Notes under the pieces: model-generated
Told to the model about the DNA's origin: nothing
Seen by the model: only the letters and a program-made list of their open reading frames with translations
Database searches by the model: none
Translations under genes and position numbers: made by a program
Shown here: one piece after another, positions 25,766 to 40,781 of the stretch
Layout of the letters: every line of letters starts with the position of its first letter
Numbering within the stretch: position 1 is the first letter of the stretch
DNA from: Eledone cirrhosa
Lineage: Eukaryota
Assembly (NCBI GenBank): GCA_964016885.1
Contig: OZ024741.1
Span: 37,200,001 to 37,264,000 of the forward strand
Reading direction: 5' to 3'
Length of the DNA stretch: 64,000 nucleotides

Positions 25766-28700
25766 AAGGAAAAAAGATGAAATCGAAAATGCAACTGGAG
25801 TCTTTTTTTCTTTAAATATATATTTATTTGGTTCCTTTACCGGTTTCGCTTTTGCTTTTCAAAAGTAAAATTGAGATGGAGGATTTGTGGTTTTTCTCAC
25901 ATCTGGTTGGTCTTTGAATTTTACTTCTGTTTTATATGGAAAAACGTTGCTTGAAATGCCAGGTTTTTAGAGAAGTAATTTGGTTGGTTGGGGAATAAGT
26001 ATAATAAATTTTGCGCCAATTCGCGTTACAAAGTTCTTATTACATTTGTCTTCAAACAAAGGGCGGGCTCAGGTTGTTTTTTCATATATGAGTGAAGTTT
26101 GGTATGTTGATGCAGTCACGTGAATAAGCACATCAGCTTTCGCGCCAGTTTGTGTTTGAATTGCATTTTTCTTGAAAAAAGTGGCTCACGAAGGCTTTTT
26201 TTTTTTTTTTTTATAAATGTAATTTGATTGGTTATAAATGAAATTATGACTGTCACGTGAACAAGTACATTAAATTTAGCGCCCGTATTTTGTGACTTTT
26301 TTTTATAGCCATTTAGAGAATTTTGTGCCAAACAAAAGATAATGGTCAAGAAAAAGGGATGGAGAGATTTGTTCTGAGTATGACTGATGTGCTGAAATGT
26401 AATTTGATTGGTTATAAATGAATTATGACTGAACAAGTACATTAAATTTCACGCCTGTATTTGGGAATTTATTTTGTAGCCTTTTAGAGAATTTTATGCC
26501 AAACAAAAGATATTGGTCAAGAAAAAATGGGATGGGAGAATTGTTCTGGTTCAGTGAATATGGCTGGTGCGCTGCGGTGTCAGAATTCAGACTTTCTATT
26601 GAAATAAAGAAAGTAGAGATATGTATGTTTATTTGTGTGCTTGTGTGTGTGTGTAGGAAGATGATTCTATTAGTAGAAATGGGGGAGGGAGTTGTGTGTG
26701 TGTATGGGTGTTATGTGTGTGTGTGTGTATGTGTGTGTGTGTGTATGGGTGTTATGTGTGAGAGTATGGTTAGCATGTTTAGATGGAGAGAATATATATA
26801 TTTTTTTTGTGTGTGTGTGTAGGAAAATGATTCCGTTAGTAGAAATGGCGGAGGGAATTATGTGTGTGTGGGGGGTGTGGTTAGCATGTTAAGGTGTTAG
26901 AGTATTAACTATGTTAAGGTATTTAGTTCTGCTTTTTATTTTCTAAAGTAGGTGTTATGTATGTGTCTGTTTGGATGGTTAGCATGTTATGGTCTTGACA
27001 TAATGTATATTAAACTATATTTAATGCTGGTCTATATTTTTGAATAAACATATTTTCCTTATTTATTCGCATTTGTTCTGTTGTATTGTCAGCGCAAAGA
27101 TAAAATGGGAAGACTTTGAATTTGGGTGTCTTATTACTTGCGCATATGTCTAGATGTGCACTTAGTGGTATCTGTCTCGTGGTTGGATCTCGTAATTGTT
27201 GGCGATGAACTGTCATTCTGTTTCTGAGTGTGAGTTTCGTTTGTCCTATATAATCTTCATTGCATCCTTTACATTTAATGGCATAAAGTAGATTTTTTGA
27301 TGAGCAAGTGAAGTGATTTTTTACAGCAAAATTTTGTCCTGATTGAAATATATACGTGTTGCCTTCAATGAGGTGAGTGCAGGTTCCACAATTAGAGCGA
27401 CCACATTTTTTGACAGTTGGTTGTGGGTTTGTGGTAGGTAATTTGGCATTGGTGGGTAATGTTTTTAGTGATTTCGGTTGTCTTTTGCTTTTGATTATTT
27501 TGTGTGTTTCATTCTTGGGTCTTGTTTCAATAGTGGGATGTTCTTGTGAATATTGTTGTAAGCTTCCGCATTTCTTGGGTTGTGTGTTGAGATATATGAT
27601 AAAATATTGGATGTACCTTGAATTTGTTTCTGTTTTCATAATTCATCAATGCCTATTGCTTTAGCCCTTTCTATTCCATTATTTATTAGTAATGGTGGGT
27701 ACTGTCTTTTGAGTAGAATTTCCTTTAATTCTTGAAGTCTTTTATTTCGCATTTCATAATTGGAGACAAAATTGTGCAAATTCTTCTTGCTAGGTTAAAA
27801 GGGATGTTTGTTTTCGTGTGCTTTAGACGGTTGGAAGTGAATAGCAGACATTGTTTGGAATCTGTTGGTTTGTAGTGTATGTCAGTTTCAATATTTGTGT
27901 CTTTTTTTAAGATTAAGATGTCCAGAAATGGGAGTTGATCTTGGCTGTATTCCACTGTGAATTGGATGTGCTTATTGATGCTGTTAATTAAATTTTTGAA
28001 ATCATGTAGTTGGTCGAGTCTATGAGACCAAAGAATGAGACAATCATCCAAGCAGTGTTTCCAATTCTCTGATAAATATTTGTGGAAGTTCAATCCGTAT
28101 TTTGATTTGGACTGTTCATATATCTGGACTTCTAAGTTGGCATAAGTTGGAGCGGCTTCTGTACCCATCGCAGTCCCCGATATTTGCTTGTAAGTACTGC
28201 CATCGAAATCAAAAAAGTTGTTCTGTAAAATAAATTTTAATCCGTTGGTGATGAAGCTTTTTTCTATTCTGTCAGGTATCTCATTGGGATATTTCTCTAA
28301 CCAGAATCCTATTGCTTCTAGTCTGTATTGGTGTGGGATCGTTGTGTAGAGATTCACTACATCGAAAGACACAATAATAGTGTCGTTGTTGACTAAGCAA
28401 CTTTATAGACATACTACTAAAACCAATTCTCAAACACATACCAAGCCTTGTAAGAGACGATCTGGACCTCTTAACCACCTCCCCAAACATGTCAACAACA
28501 AACAAATTCAAAAACATTAAATTCACATTTAATGTACTTGTTCACGTGACAGTCATAATTTCATTTATAACCAATCAAATTAAATTTATATAAAAAAAAA
28601 AAAAAGCCTTCGTGAACCACTTTTTCAAGTAAAATGTAATTCAAACACAAACTGGCGCGAAAGCTGATGTGCTTATTCACGTGACTGCATCAACATACCA

Positions 28701-29102
28701 AACTTCACTCATATATGAAAAAACAACCTGAGCCCGCCCTTTGTTTGAAGACAAATATAATAAGAACTTTGTAACGCGAATTGGCGCAAAATTTATTATA
28801 CTTATTCCCCAACCAACCAAATTACTTCTCTAAAAACCTGGCATTTCAAGCAACGTTTTTCCATATAAAACAGAAGTAAAATTCAAAGACCAACCAGATG
28901 TGAGAAAAACCACAAACCCGCCATCTCAATTCTATTTTTGAAAAGCAGAAGAACTTCGAAACCGGGAAAGGAACGAAATAAATGTATATTATTTTTTAAA
29001 AAGACTCCAGTTGCATTTTCGATTTCATCTTTTTCCTTATACTTTCACTCGTGTAGGACACCTCGGTTATTTTTCATTTTGTAAAAAAGCCTCACTTTCT
29101 AA
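25766..29102 (-). mobile_element. Penelope-like element 2 (RT, Cys linker, GIY-YIG; Neptune-like) with ~520 bp inverted pLTR
   Basis: SFDVVNLYT, YKQISGTAMG, APTYANL, LDDCL, LPFLD, CGRSNCGTC and NLLYAIKC..YIGQT..RNRMTVH. 25766-26290 is inverted at ~28510-29040. A solo pLTR piece lies at ~52310-52525. Confidence 0.9.
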
Positions 29103-29109
29103 TATATAT

Positions 29110-29110
<1 letters not shown>

Positions 29111-29159
<49 letters not shown>

Positions 29160-32150
29160 TTTACGTCCGCTTTTCCTTTTCCCTGCTTGCAAGGGTTGGA
29201 GGGGTCCTATTCAGCACAGCATCTCTCCACTTTTCACGGTCCTTCATCATCTCCTCAGTGAGTTTCAGTGATCTGAGGTCTGCTCTCACCACTTCCGTCC
29301 ATGTTTTATGTGGTCTACCTTTACTGCGTCTTCCTTCTACTGGGATTTCTTGGCACTTCTTTACCCAGCGGTCATCCTCCATGCGCATCACACGTCCATA
29401 CCATCTCAGCCTTCTCTCCTGCACATCACAACTTATCCCTCTTATACACAGTTTCTTTCGCAACTCATCTATGCTTGGTCATTCACGCACATTGACATTG
29501 CACATCCAACAGATCATACTTGCTTCATTTCTCTCCAGCCTCTGCAGTTGCTGCCCATGTCTCACTACCATGCAGCATCGCGGCTCCTCACACAGGCATC
29601 ATATAACCGTCCTTTTGTACGCAGGGAGGAACCCTTCTTTGTCAACAAAAGAAGTAGCTCCCTAAACTTCTTCCAACCCGTCCTTATTCTAGATACTATG
29701 GCCTCGGAACACCCCCCTCCCATGCTAATCTAATCACCTAGGTACTGGAAGCTATCAACCACTTCTATAGAATCCACCTCATTGAAAAAATGTGTCTATC
29801 ACTGCGATTACTACTGCCAACTTTCCCTGTACATCTACTGCATACGCAGTTTTCCCTACCTGTTAGTTTGCCTGCTATCCCACTACATCTCTTGTGTACC
29901 CAAGATCTGCATTGCATACATTGTATGGAATTTATGCCTATTCCTTTCCTACATATAGAACATGGCCATTTCCCTGATGGAAGAGTATTGTCCTCTCTTC
30001 TACTTATCAACACTTTTGTCTTAGCTATGTTCACTCTCAGTCCCCTTGATTCCAACTGCTGTTTCCATAGCCAGAATTTATACTCTAGCTCCTCTACTGA
30101 TTCTGCTATAAGACCCAGATCATCAGCATAGATAAGTTCCCACGGGCATCCAGTCTTAAACTCCTCTGTTATGGCTTGGAGGACTATAATGAACAAGAGC
30201 TGGCTGAGGACCGAACCCTGATTACACCTACTTGTATCTGGAATTCCCCACTAAACTCCATACCTACTCTCACTTTACTGATGACAGATTGGGACCACCA
30301 GATGACAGATTGGGTACCCTATCAAAGACCTTCTCTAGGTCAACAAAAGCTAAGTATAGTGGCTTATTCTTCTCTAAGAACTTCTCTTGTAGTTGCCTCA
30401 CTAAGAAGAGGGCATCTGTTGTACTTTTCCCAGGCACAAAACCAAACTGCATCTCATCTAATTTTCCCTTTCTCTAATCAGTTGTGCTAATATTCTCTCT
30501 GCCACTTTCATAACCTGATCCATCAGCTTTATGCCCCTATAATTGCTCCTCTCTAGAGCATCCCCTTTACATTTGTAGCAATTTATGAGAATACTGCTGC
30601 ACCAATCTTTGGGTATGACACCGCCTTATATAGCTTGATTGATGATGCGTGCAACCAATTTAATGCCTACTTCACCTGATGCCTTCAGCATCTCAGCAAC
30701 TATCCCCGACGGTCCAACAGCCTTACCATTCTTCATTTCTTTAATTGCCTCTTGTACCCTATATTCGTCAATCCCTGTTGGGTCTACTGGGGGTAATTTT
30801 TTTCTGTCCTATTCATTCTCCACATTCATCAGTCTCTCATAGTGACTTTTCCATGCCTCCTTTTTCTGATCATTCGTGACACTAAGTACACCGGATCATT
30901 CCTGACACACTTATCTCCAACAACATCCTGATTTGCACTGACACATTGCCTTGCAATGTGGAACACTGCACTTCTCTGATCTTCCTGTCGCAGAACATTG
31001 GCAAACCTCCTACTCTCAGCCTCCCTCCGTGCTAAGTACACCTGTCGTCTAGCTTCTCTCCTAGCGGCTGTGTATCCTTCCCTACTCCCACCCTTTTTCC
31101 AAGCCTTCCATGCCAGTCTTTTGTCTCTAATGGCCCTATCTACCGTGCTGTTCCACCACCAGGTCACTCTCTGTCTGGTTGAAGCTCCTCCCTAACCAGA
31201 AGTTTCTTCAGTAGCCTGCAGTAAGAAATTCCAGTTATCATCTATGTCATACAACTCTAAATCGTCTTCTTTTTCGTCATACACGTCTTGAAGGGCTTTG
31301 CTAAATTTATATTTTAATGAAAGGTCTTTTAACTTCCAGACCTTTCTTTTCCACACCTTCCTATATGTCTCATTCTTTCTATTGCTTATTGAGATGTCAC
31401 TAACGACTAACCTATGCTGTGGGGTACATTCTTCCCTAGGGTATGCCTTGGTATTTGACACCATCTGCCTGTCCCGCTGTCTAACTAGCAGGAAGTCAAT
31501 CTGGCTTATGTGCTCGCCTGATTTGTAGGTTATTAGGTGGTTGGTAGGCTTCTGGAAGTTAATGTTGCAAATGGTTAGTGCATTTGCATCACAAAATTCA
31601 AGAAGCCTCACTCCTTCTTCATTTCTTGAGCCGTATCCATCCTGGATCTGTCCAACATGTCCATTGAAGTCTCCTGCTAGCATAACGATGTCTCTGTCCT
31701 CTGTCATTGAGGCTGTTTGTAAAAGTTGCTTGTAAAAGCAGTCTTTCTCTTCTTTACCTAGGCCTGCCTGGGGAGCATAGGCAGAGATGATTGTCAGTAG
31801 TCTCTTGCTTACAACTAATCTAAGCTTAATTATTCTATTACTAACTCTAACTACCTCTATTGTCTTATTGATCCACCTCTCAGCCAGTAATATGCAGAGG
31901 CACCTCTCCATCTCACCTCTTACACGCAGCCCACATCCACATGCCTTCTCTCCAGCATCTCCACTATCTCACCAGATCTACCTGTTAGAGTGCCAACATT
32001 AAGTGTGGCAACTCTGAGATGCGATGTCTCGTTCTTTTTCCTGTTGTATGATTGCTTGATGACGGTCATGGGGTTCTCGCACATGGCCGCACCAGCCACC
32101 CCACTACTGTGCGCAGCCCTAACAGGGTTAGTGTTATTGCCGTTTACGCA
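29111..32150 (-). mobile_element. RTE LINE, near full-length with internal deletions
   Basis: LRVATLNVGTL, ISAYAPQ, GDFNGHVG, QIDF, QHRLVV, TWWWN, YADDL, PHD-like finger, RRLRWYG and a (GAT)n tail. Confidence 0.92.
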
Positions 32151-32318
32151 TATATATATATATATATATCAGAAGATCTCGTTAAGGGTGAAAGCAGCGA
32201 TTCTTTGCTTAAACTTTAATCTGTTATTTTAATAAATAAATATATATATATATATTTATTAAAATAACATAATAATATCGAGCCCTCTTTGGATTTTAGT
32301 CTTCAAATTTATTATTAT

Positions 32319-32350
<32 letters not shown>

Positions 32351-32355
<5 letters not shown>

Positions 32356-33070
32356 AGTATGTATGTATACGTACATACATATATGTATACAGACGTACAG
32401 TAGCATGCATATATGTATATATACATATATATACATACAGGTACACATACATATATGTACGTATCAGTTTAGCGGACGTTTATTATAACGCCCGCTTTGT
32501 CCGTTTGTAAACAAGCGGACAGCCTGAATTTATGCCGTACGGTGTTAAGGCAACCACGTCACCTTTTTGTTCAACACTGACACAGGAACGATGTACCAGT
32601 TTCAAGCTTCTTAGCTATCATCAGCACCGTATACCCTTCTGCCAGATGGTTGAACGTTCGAAAGTATATACTTTCCTTATGAAAATTAACGGCTGAGCAG
32701 CCTAATTTGCATATCGAGTGAGTTCAGTCGGCCAGGCGCACCGAAAACGATAAGTTGTAATAGAATGAAAACGAATTTTCATTTCTCACTCTTAGTACGG
32801 CACTTACTTAAATGTAAGTATGTATGTATACGTACATACATAAATGTATACAGACGTACAATAGCATGCATATATATATATATATATATATATACATACA
32901 GGTACACATACATATATGTACGTATCAGTTTAGCGGACGTTTATTATAACGCCCGCTTTGTTCGTTTGTAAACAAGCGGACAGCCTGAATTTATGCCGTA
33001 CGGTGTTAAGGCAACCACGTCACCTTTTTGTTCAACACTGACACAGGAACGATGTACTAGTTTCAAGCTA
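32351..33070. repeat. Tandem duplication, period ~461 bp (about 1.55 units)
   Basis: 32351-32608 is almost identical to ~32812-33069. Confidence 0.9.
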
Positions 33071-33085
33071 TATATACATATATAC

Positions 33086-33125
<40 letters not shown>

Positions 33126-33132
33126 ACATAGA

Positions 33133-33206
<74 letters not shown>

Positions 33207-33860
33207 GTCTGTTTGCTTATTTGTTTCTCTGATAATTTTCAATTGATTTCAGTAGAATATATCTGATATTGTGGATTGGCAGTATCGGTAGAGGGTCAGA
33301 CACCATGCTTTGACACATAGAGTTACGGCCCTTGCCATTCTGAGTTCAAATCCCGCTGAGGTTAACTTTGCCTTTCATCCTTATGGGGTCGATAAAATAA
33401 AGTACCAGTCATCATGACCATCTTCATCATCATCATCAACATCTTCATCATCACCATCTTCTTCATCATCATTCCCATCATCATCAACATTATATTCCTG
33501 ACTATCTTCTTCTTCTTCTTCTTCTTCTTCTTCTTCTTCTTCTTCTTCTTCTTCTTCTTCTTCTTCTTCTTCTTCTTCGTCATGATCATCGTTATGTCTG
33601 TTTTCCATGCTGACATGGATTGGATGGGTTGTCACAGAAAATCATGTCTTGCTCATACATTCTATATTTTACAGAGTACTCTTGGGTCCCAAATAGTAAG
33701 GAGCGGGAGTGGAAAATTGATAATTTTTCTAGGGTGTCTGTCGATTTTTTTGATAACTAGAATTAGTCGTTTAGTTTACATATTGAGACTCCAGCCCATC
33801 CCATTTATTTTATAACATATGGAATTTCTTGTAATATACTTGTAGGCACATATATATGTA

Positions 33861-34197
33861 GGCACATGGCTTAGTGGTTAGAGCATTGGCCTTGCAATCG
33901 AAAGGTTATGAGTTCAATTCTCAGACCGGGTGATGTGTTGTTTCCTTGAGCAAGACACTTTATTTGACATTGCTCCAGTTTACTCAGCTGTAGAAATGAG
34001 ATGATAGGGGCTGGGGTCCCTATCATTCCACTGCAAAGTGGTCGTGGAGGTGCCACGGCAAAAAAGCACCCAGCACTCACTGTAAATGAGGTTGGTGTTA
34101 GGAAGGGCATCCAGCTGTAGAAATCAAGCCAGAATCAGTTCCTGTCCCACCCTTGCAAGCAGGGAAAAAGCGAACGTAAAATGAAATGAATGAATGA
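33861..34197 (+). mobile_element. SINE family 2 (tRNA-derived head, RTE-derived tail); copies at 47083-47420(+), 47424-47707(-), 47709-47792(-), 51110-51423(+), 60994-61333(+); older heads at ~7385 and ~34335
   Basis: A-box TGGCTTAGTGG and B-box GAGTTCAATTC; the tail matches RTE 3'UTRs in this window. Confidence 0.88.
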
Positions 34198-35046
34198 ACG
34201 AATATTTCTTTTGTCATGTATAAAGAAAATAATATACTTTTTTAATGTATAAAGAAAATTAATTGTTGCAGGAATGCTACCACTTAACCCTTTAGCATTT
34301 ACATTACTCTATATTTACTATTGCGAATCCAGAGCTGGATTCGCAATCATGAGGTCGTGAGTTCGATTCTTGGACCGGCCGATGCGTTATGTCCTTGAGC
34401 AAGACACTTTATTTCATGTTGCTACTTCTACTTGGAGTTGCGACCGATAGATAGTATTAGCAATTGGAAAAACCAACAGAAACATTGTTTCCTCGGTCTG
34501 ATTTGACGAAAGTCGATCGACAATTTTTTTTAATATTGTATTTTCACAGTAAAGGCTTTATCTCATAATTATTTCACATTATATTGAACCTATGAGATTT
34601 TGATGTTGTTTATTTTTCCCAAGATAGATTAGCAAAATTTAATAAGCAGGGGGGGGGGGCACGTCAATTATTCGAGACCAAAAATTACTGGATGAATTTT
34701 ATCATGGCTTCAGCACTATCATTTTCAACTATCATGGCTACAGCATACCATCATGTTAACACTACTACTTTACAGAGTGTATGGATTGCAGTTTATCATG
34801 GCACCAGCACTAGAGAGGTTATTATGTCTTCAGCAAGACTGAAGAGTCCTCTCTACCCAGTATAGTGCCAGTTCGATCATCAGAAAGTGTGTGAATGGGA
34901 GTGTTTATCACTTCTGTTTTCTTCAGATTTGACATTGCAGGTAGTGATATTCTATATTTCATGTAAGCATGTAAAAAAGTAAACAGATATAACAAAGCAT
35001 ACAACACAGTACATTGGAGAAATATATTAGTTTAACGCTTGAAATA

Positions 35047-35146
<100 letters not shown>

Positions 35147-35387
35147 ATGTGTGTATATATATATATGTTGTTTTGACATCTGTTTTACCTTCTATATATA
35201 TAATTAATGTAAAGGATGATGTGCTCATTCCCAGAGATGCTATTAAATAGCTTATAAAATAGGGTGAAGACCTTTAAAAGACAGGAAAAGAAGTTGCTAT
35301 TGGATGCTATGAGGAATTGAACTCCATATCTCCAAGATACCAGCTAGGTGCTTTAAACCATTAAGCTAAGGGACCTTTTATCATCTT

Positions 35388-35604
35388 TTAACCCATTAGC
35401 ATTTCCATTACTCTATATTTACTATTATATTTTCATGGTAAAAGCTTAATCTCACATAATTATCTCACATAATATCAAATCTATGAGATTTTGATATAAT
35501 TTATTTTGAGAACAATACTTTAACATCAGTATGAGCGGCTGGTTATAGCCGGTTTGAACAAAAAGATGTGAGAGAATTGGCTGGTTTAAATGCTAAAGGG
35601 TTAA
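35388..35604. mobile_element. piggyBac-type MITE; same family at 63328-63555, partial at ~34284
   Basis: TTAA-CCC(T/A)TTAGCATTT ... AAATGCTAAAGGG-TTAA. Confidence 0.8.
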
Positions 35605-35943
35605 ACTAGATAGTTGAACAACAGCTTTATATATACTCTCATTAATATTCTACTAAATTAAGGTAAGACTTATAACCATATCAGCACTCAATATAGTGTT
35701 GATATGAATATCTCATTGAAGTAAAGTGATATCTTATTACATATCGCTGAGTATTCAAAAACTGCTCAGTCAGAAATATAATGTTGAACAATGAAACAAA
35801 TAAGACAAAGTTTAGTAGTTAATTAATCCATTGTTTTATGGTTGTTATCGATATTCTGACTAATTGATAGGAGTTGAAACAATCATAAAACAATTAATCA
35901 ATTAACTACAAAATCTTGTCTTATTTGTTTCATTGTTCAACAT

Positions 35944-36378
35944 TACACACACACACACACACGCACACACACACACATACACACACACACACATACACAC
36001 ACACTCATACACACACACTCATACACACACTGATACAGACACACACACTCACACACACACACTCATACACACACACACTCACACACACTCACACACACAC
36101 ACTCATAAACACACACACTCACACACTCATACACACACACACTCACGCACACACACTCACACACACACACACTTCCTGACACTCATACACACACACTCCC
36201 TCACACTCATACACACATACACACACACACACACAAACACACGCACACTCATACACACACATGTACACACAAAGACACACACACTCATGCACACACACAC
36301 ACACACACTCATACACACACACACACTCATACACACACACACTCACACACACACACTCATACACACACACACACATAT
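35944..36378. repeat. Degenerate (CA)n tract; a similar one lies at 45545-46185
   Basis: Seen directly. Confidence 0.95.
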
Positions 36379-36871
36379 ATGTATGCAAAAGGCAAACAGA
36401 AATAACAAAGCAAACGACACTGTACAATGAAGAAATAAATTATTAGTTTAATGTTTGATATAGTAGGAGAATAGTATTAACGTTTCAGACGCTAGTCCTT
36501 CATTAGAAGAAAGAATGAGAAATGAAAGAAGAAATAGAAAGATTGAGGATATGGGCAGTGGTTGAAACAGGAAAAAAAATTTTGAGAGAAAAATAACAGG
36601 TCCATTGATGTTCCCATCTCTTGGAAAACTGTTGATGTTGGTGCTTTGAGTATGATATATATTTTTAGTAAAGGTGATGATGGAGTGCGTCTATCTGAAA
36701 TGGAAACAAAAAAACATTTTGTATATAGAGCTGTATGTGTGCACATGCGTATACGTGTATGAGTAACATCATCATCATTGTCATCATTTTAACATCTGCT
36801 TTTCTTGCTAGCAATGGTTGCACGGGTGTACAAAGACTAAGACAGTACTGAAGTGGGGCTACCGATATATA

Positions 36872-38195
36872 CAGTGTTGTGCATAATTCAGAGACTACCC
36901 CAATAATTTTATTAGGTTAAGTTAATATTGATAAGTTATTGGATAAAAATAGTTTATCATTACAAACATACAACACAAAGCATTATGCTACAAATTGTCT
37001 ATCCCAAATTAGTAATTTGTTTGATGGCCTTTAGCAGCAATTACTGCAGCAATTCTGTGAAGCATTGATTCCCCCAAGGAGGCACAATATTCAGGACTAA
37101 TGTGTTGAGTCCATTCAGTAAGAATTTTTTGTTCTAAATCAATATTTGAGCTGGGATTTAGCTTGGCAACTTTGACTTTCATCAATTTCCAACAGTTTCA
37201 ATTGGGTTTAAGTCAGGACTTGAACCTGGCCAAGATGCCATCACTTTAATACCAGATTCTCGAAAAATTAGTTAATGGTTTTTTCTCTATGGCAAGGAGC
37301 ACCATATTGTTGACATATCTTGCAACCAGGCCTCTCCATCCATAATGGGACCTTTTGTCATATGATTTCTAAATACATGTATGAATTCACAGCCTTTCCT
37401 GCTGGAATTATGGTCAGTACAGCTCGTCCCTTTATGCTTATTGATCCCCAGATCAGCAATGATTGTGATTGTTTAACTGTCATTATGTCAAATCTACAGG
37501 TTTGACATAATGAGAATTATAACAATGTCCAGATGGTCATCTTACATGGTGATTATAAGGGACAAGTTGTCTAATTAATGTTCTATCACTAAACATTACC
37601 TCACCCCCATTTAACAACAGTCCAGTGATGATAAGTGTTGCAGAACAACAGACGGTCCTTGATGTTTTTATTTGAAAGTTGAGGCTTGGCAGCTGGCGTA
37701 AAAGTCCGAAGTTTAAAGTCCTTAACACAGCGTCGTTGGATGGGAGAAGATGATATGTTTGTGTCCTGAGGAAGTTGGACTTGGATATATGAGCTGGAAG
37801 CAGTTGGATTTGACACTGCAAATATCATGTGGTCTGTTTGAACACTTGTCGTGCTTGACTTTCCAGGCCACTTGTTTGGGTTAAGAGTGCCTGTTGTTGC
37901 ATTATGGGCAAGTGTTTTTTTAACACCAGTCTTAGATATACCCAATCGTACAGACATTTGGCACTGGAAATAGCCTTCCTCATGAAGAAGGATGATATTT
38001 GCACATTTTTTGCTTGAAATGGCAGCCATGCTTTATATATGAAAGAATGCTATATATATGAAAATACAACAAATAATGTGATTGGTTGACAAATGTACAA
38101 TGATTAAAAAAAAATTAAGTGTGATGATATTTGCATGCTTGTGTGTGTGATATTAAGTTAAAATGCAGGCGGTCTCTAAATTATGCACACCACTG
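36872..38195 (-). mobile_element. Tc1-family transposon with both TIRs and a decayed transposase
   Basis: TA-CAGTGTTGTGCATAATTCAGAGAC / GTCTCTAAATTATGCACACCACTG-TA. N-terminal HTH ORF at 38029-37601, followed by VMFSD, QQYGAPCH and WPGSSPDLNPIE remnants. Confidence 0.92.
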
Positions 38196-39554
38196 TATAT
38201 ATGTGTGCGTGTATGTATACACATGTACACATACATACATATATATATATATATAGATGTATGTGTGTATGTGTGCATGAACATGTAAGTGTATATTTAT
38301 ATATATAGTTAATAATCAAGTAGCTTTACTTTGCATTTGTCAAGCTGGAGAAAGTCTTTGACCCTCTGTCATATGAAGGGTATTAGGAAAGTTAAGAGTT
38401 GATGAATTGATTTGAGAAAATAGTTGAAGCTATGTCATGATGAGGTGTTGTGAGCAAGGTAAGGAATTGACAGTTATGCTATGGGAACTTTAGTACAGGG
38501 CAGATGTTTCCAAAGACATAGATTTTATCCCCCTATTACTCAACCTTGTCTTTCAGGCAATAACACACAAAAGCAGGACTGGGTGTCCTTGAGACTGGTG
38601 AGATTAATGGGGTTAATGGTGGCAGCGCTTAGCTTAAACATCTATAGGTTTAAGTTTGCAGGAAAAACATGCACTGGTAGAGAAATTTCAATGGTTTAAA
38701 CACAGTGATGTAACTAAAGTGTGTACCAGTCAGGAGTGGACCTTAAGTTTTCCCAAAACCCCTTTCTACAAAACCCAACACAATGCACATCAAAAGTAAC
38801 CCAAATCACACCCCTCAAAAGATCTACACTAATTTATCTAAAGGTACAGTTCATCTACAACAATTCTTCTACAAAAACAATGAATTAACTACATAGGTTA
38901 ATTTTGCAAGTCAAAACAAAATTTAAAACCCCTTTAGTTACCAATCCGGCCAAAACCAACTATGAAATAAAACCACCAATTTTAAAGGTTTCCAATTTAA
39001 ATTAAAATCTTCCAGCATAATTTTATACAAGAACCTTATAATATAAGGTTCTACATTAAATTACTATCTTACTAATGAAATAATTGATAATTTTAGTAAA
39101 TCCCTCAAATTTCTTCATTAATTAATTGAAATAGAATATATTTCATTGAAAATATGGTCATGAAAGGTTAAATGAAGAGTTATTATTCCAGTGTGAGTAA
39201 AAAAAGATGAATATCTCTTTAAAAAACTTCCCTCCAAGTTCCTTAAATCTAACCCTAATGTAAATGAATTGTAAGTAAACTATCGTAGATGATGCATAGA
39301 AATGCACCCAGCCTAATTTTGTAAAGTGGCAGTAAGAATCAGCAGGACCTAAATAAAAACTAAGCAAATATTTGTTGGATATGAAACAACATAAATTTAA
39401 ATGGGAGACAAAACACATCTATATATATATATACAGAGTGTCCACCAAAAATATATGCACAATTTTATTACCTGTACAGGCAATATTTATTAGAATGCTG
39501 TTGAAGTATGTATATATTTTTTGAAGTATGCATATATATATACACCCTGTGTAT

Positions 39555-40235
39555 ATACGAACATGCCAGACAACAACACGACGGTAACATAGACAACATA
39601 GAAATTAGAATAATATCTAAACATAGAAATGACCCAGCAGATAGGCAAATCAGAGAGGCCAGCGAAATAGAACTTAGAAGGCCAAGGCTAAACAGAAAAA
39701 AAATGAATGGAATAACAACAACACCCAAACAAACAATACTGACCTAAGAGAAGTACAAATAAATAAATAAATACATACACAAGCACAATAATAACAAACA
39801 CATATAAACACACACTAGTAAACTAAGATAGAATACAATAACCAATACACAGTCACCCAAACACGAACACACATCAAACACTATACACACACGCAAATGC
39901 ATGCACAGAGAAGACAAAAAAATAAATAAATAAATAAATAAACAGACTAAATAAAGATGGCGTAGACATACAATACAACGGAGGAAACATAATAGCACCA
40001 CTGACGATGTTGCAGATGTACAACGAAAGAACTTTGTTAGACTATATATATGTGTTTGTGTCTATATTATATCAGTATTTTTTACCGTTGGTCAGTCAAT
40101 GGTAACATTGAGGACCAAATAAATTAAATTAACCGATATAAAAGACACAGAAGCGAAAACCAACCAAACTGTGAGTGTGTTCTGTTATTAATTCTGGCAA
40201 TATTATTACACAAATATGACCTTCCCCAAGTATAA
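39555..40235 (+). mobile_element. 3' fragment of the PLE3 family
   Basis: Near-identical to ~50290-51010. Confidence 0.88.
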
Positions 40236-40781
40236 TATATATATATATAATAAACAGAAATAAAATCAGAGGAAAAAAAGCCACTGGGGAAAATGTAACA
40301 TATTTAAATAGAAAAAATCTATTTAAAAGGGTGGAAATTTATATCTATAAAAGATATAAGAAAGAAAAACCACTGAAAACATTTAAATTCTGGTTTAAAC
40401 TATTTTTTTCTGAGCCATGTGAGACTTTTTTATAACATTTTACCTATTGTTTTATTTCTGTTCATCTCTCTCTCTCTCTCCACAATACACACATACACAT
40501 ACACACACATACATACACACACATACACACATACGCACACACACACACACACATACAAGCACACACACATGCACTGACACGAGATATGGACTCTAATTAT
40601 ACTATATTGGACATTTATATGTTCTATACAATTAACTTCAGACATTACAATATTAATTAAGTTTATTAGTTTTAGGCAAAATGAGAAATAGGATTTAAAA
40701 AGATGGTTTATGTGATTCTACACTTAGAAATTGCCATTTCAAATGAAGAATGATCATGTCTTTAATTTTTTTCCTAACACA

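Noticed and set aside
28940-28980. Hammerhead in the PLE2 pLTR (GAAACCGG)
   Set aside because: No CTGANGA core with a complementary stem I could be found nearby.
33861-33935. tRNA genes at SINE heads
   Set aside because: They continue into a shared SINE body and RTE tail with no proper acceptor stem or terminator.
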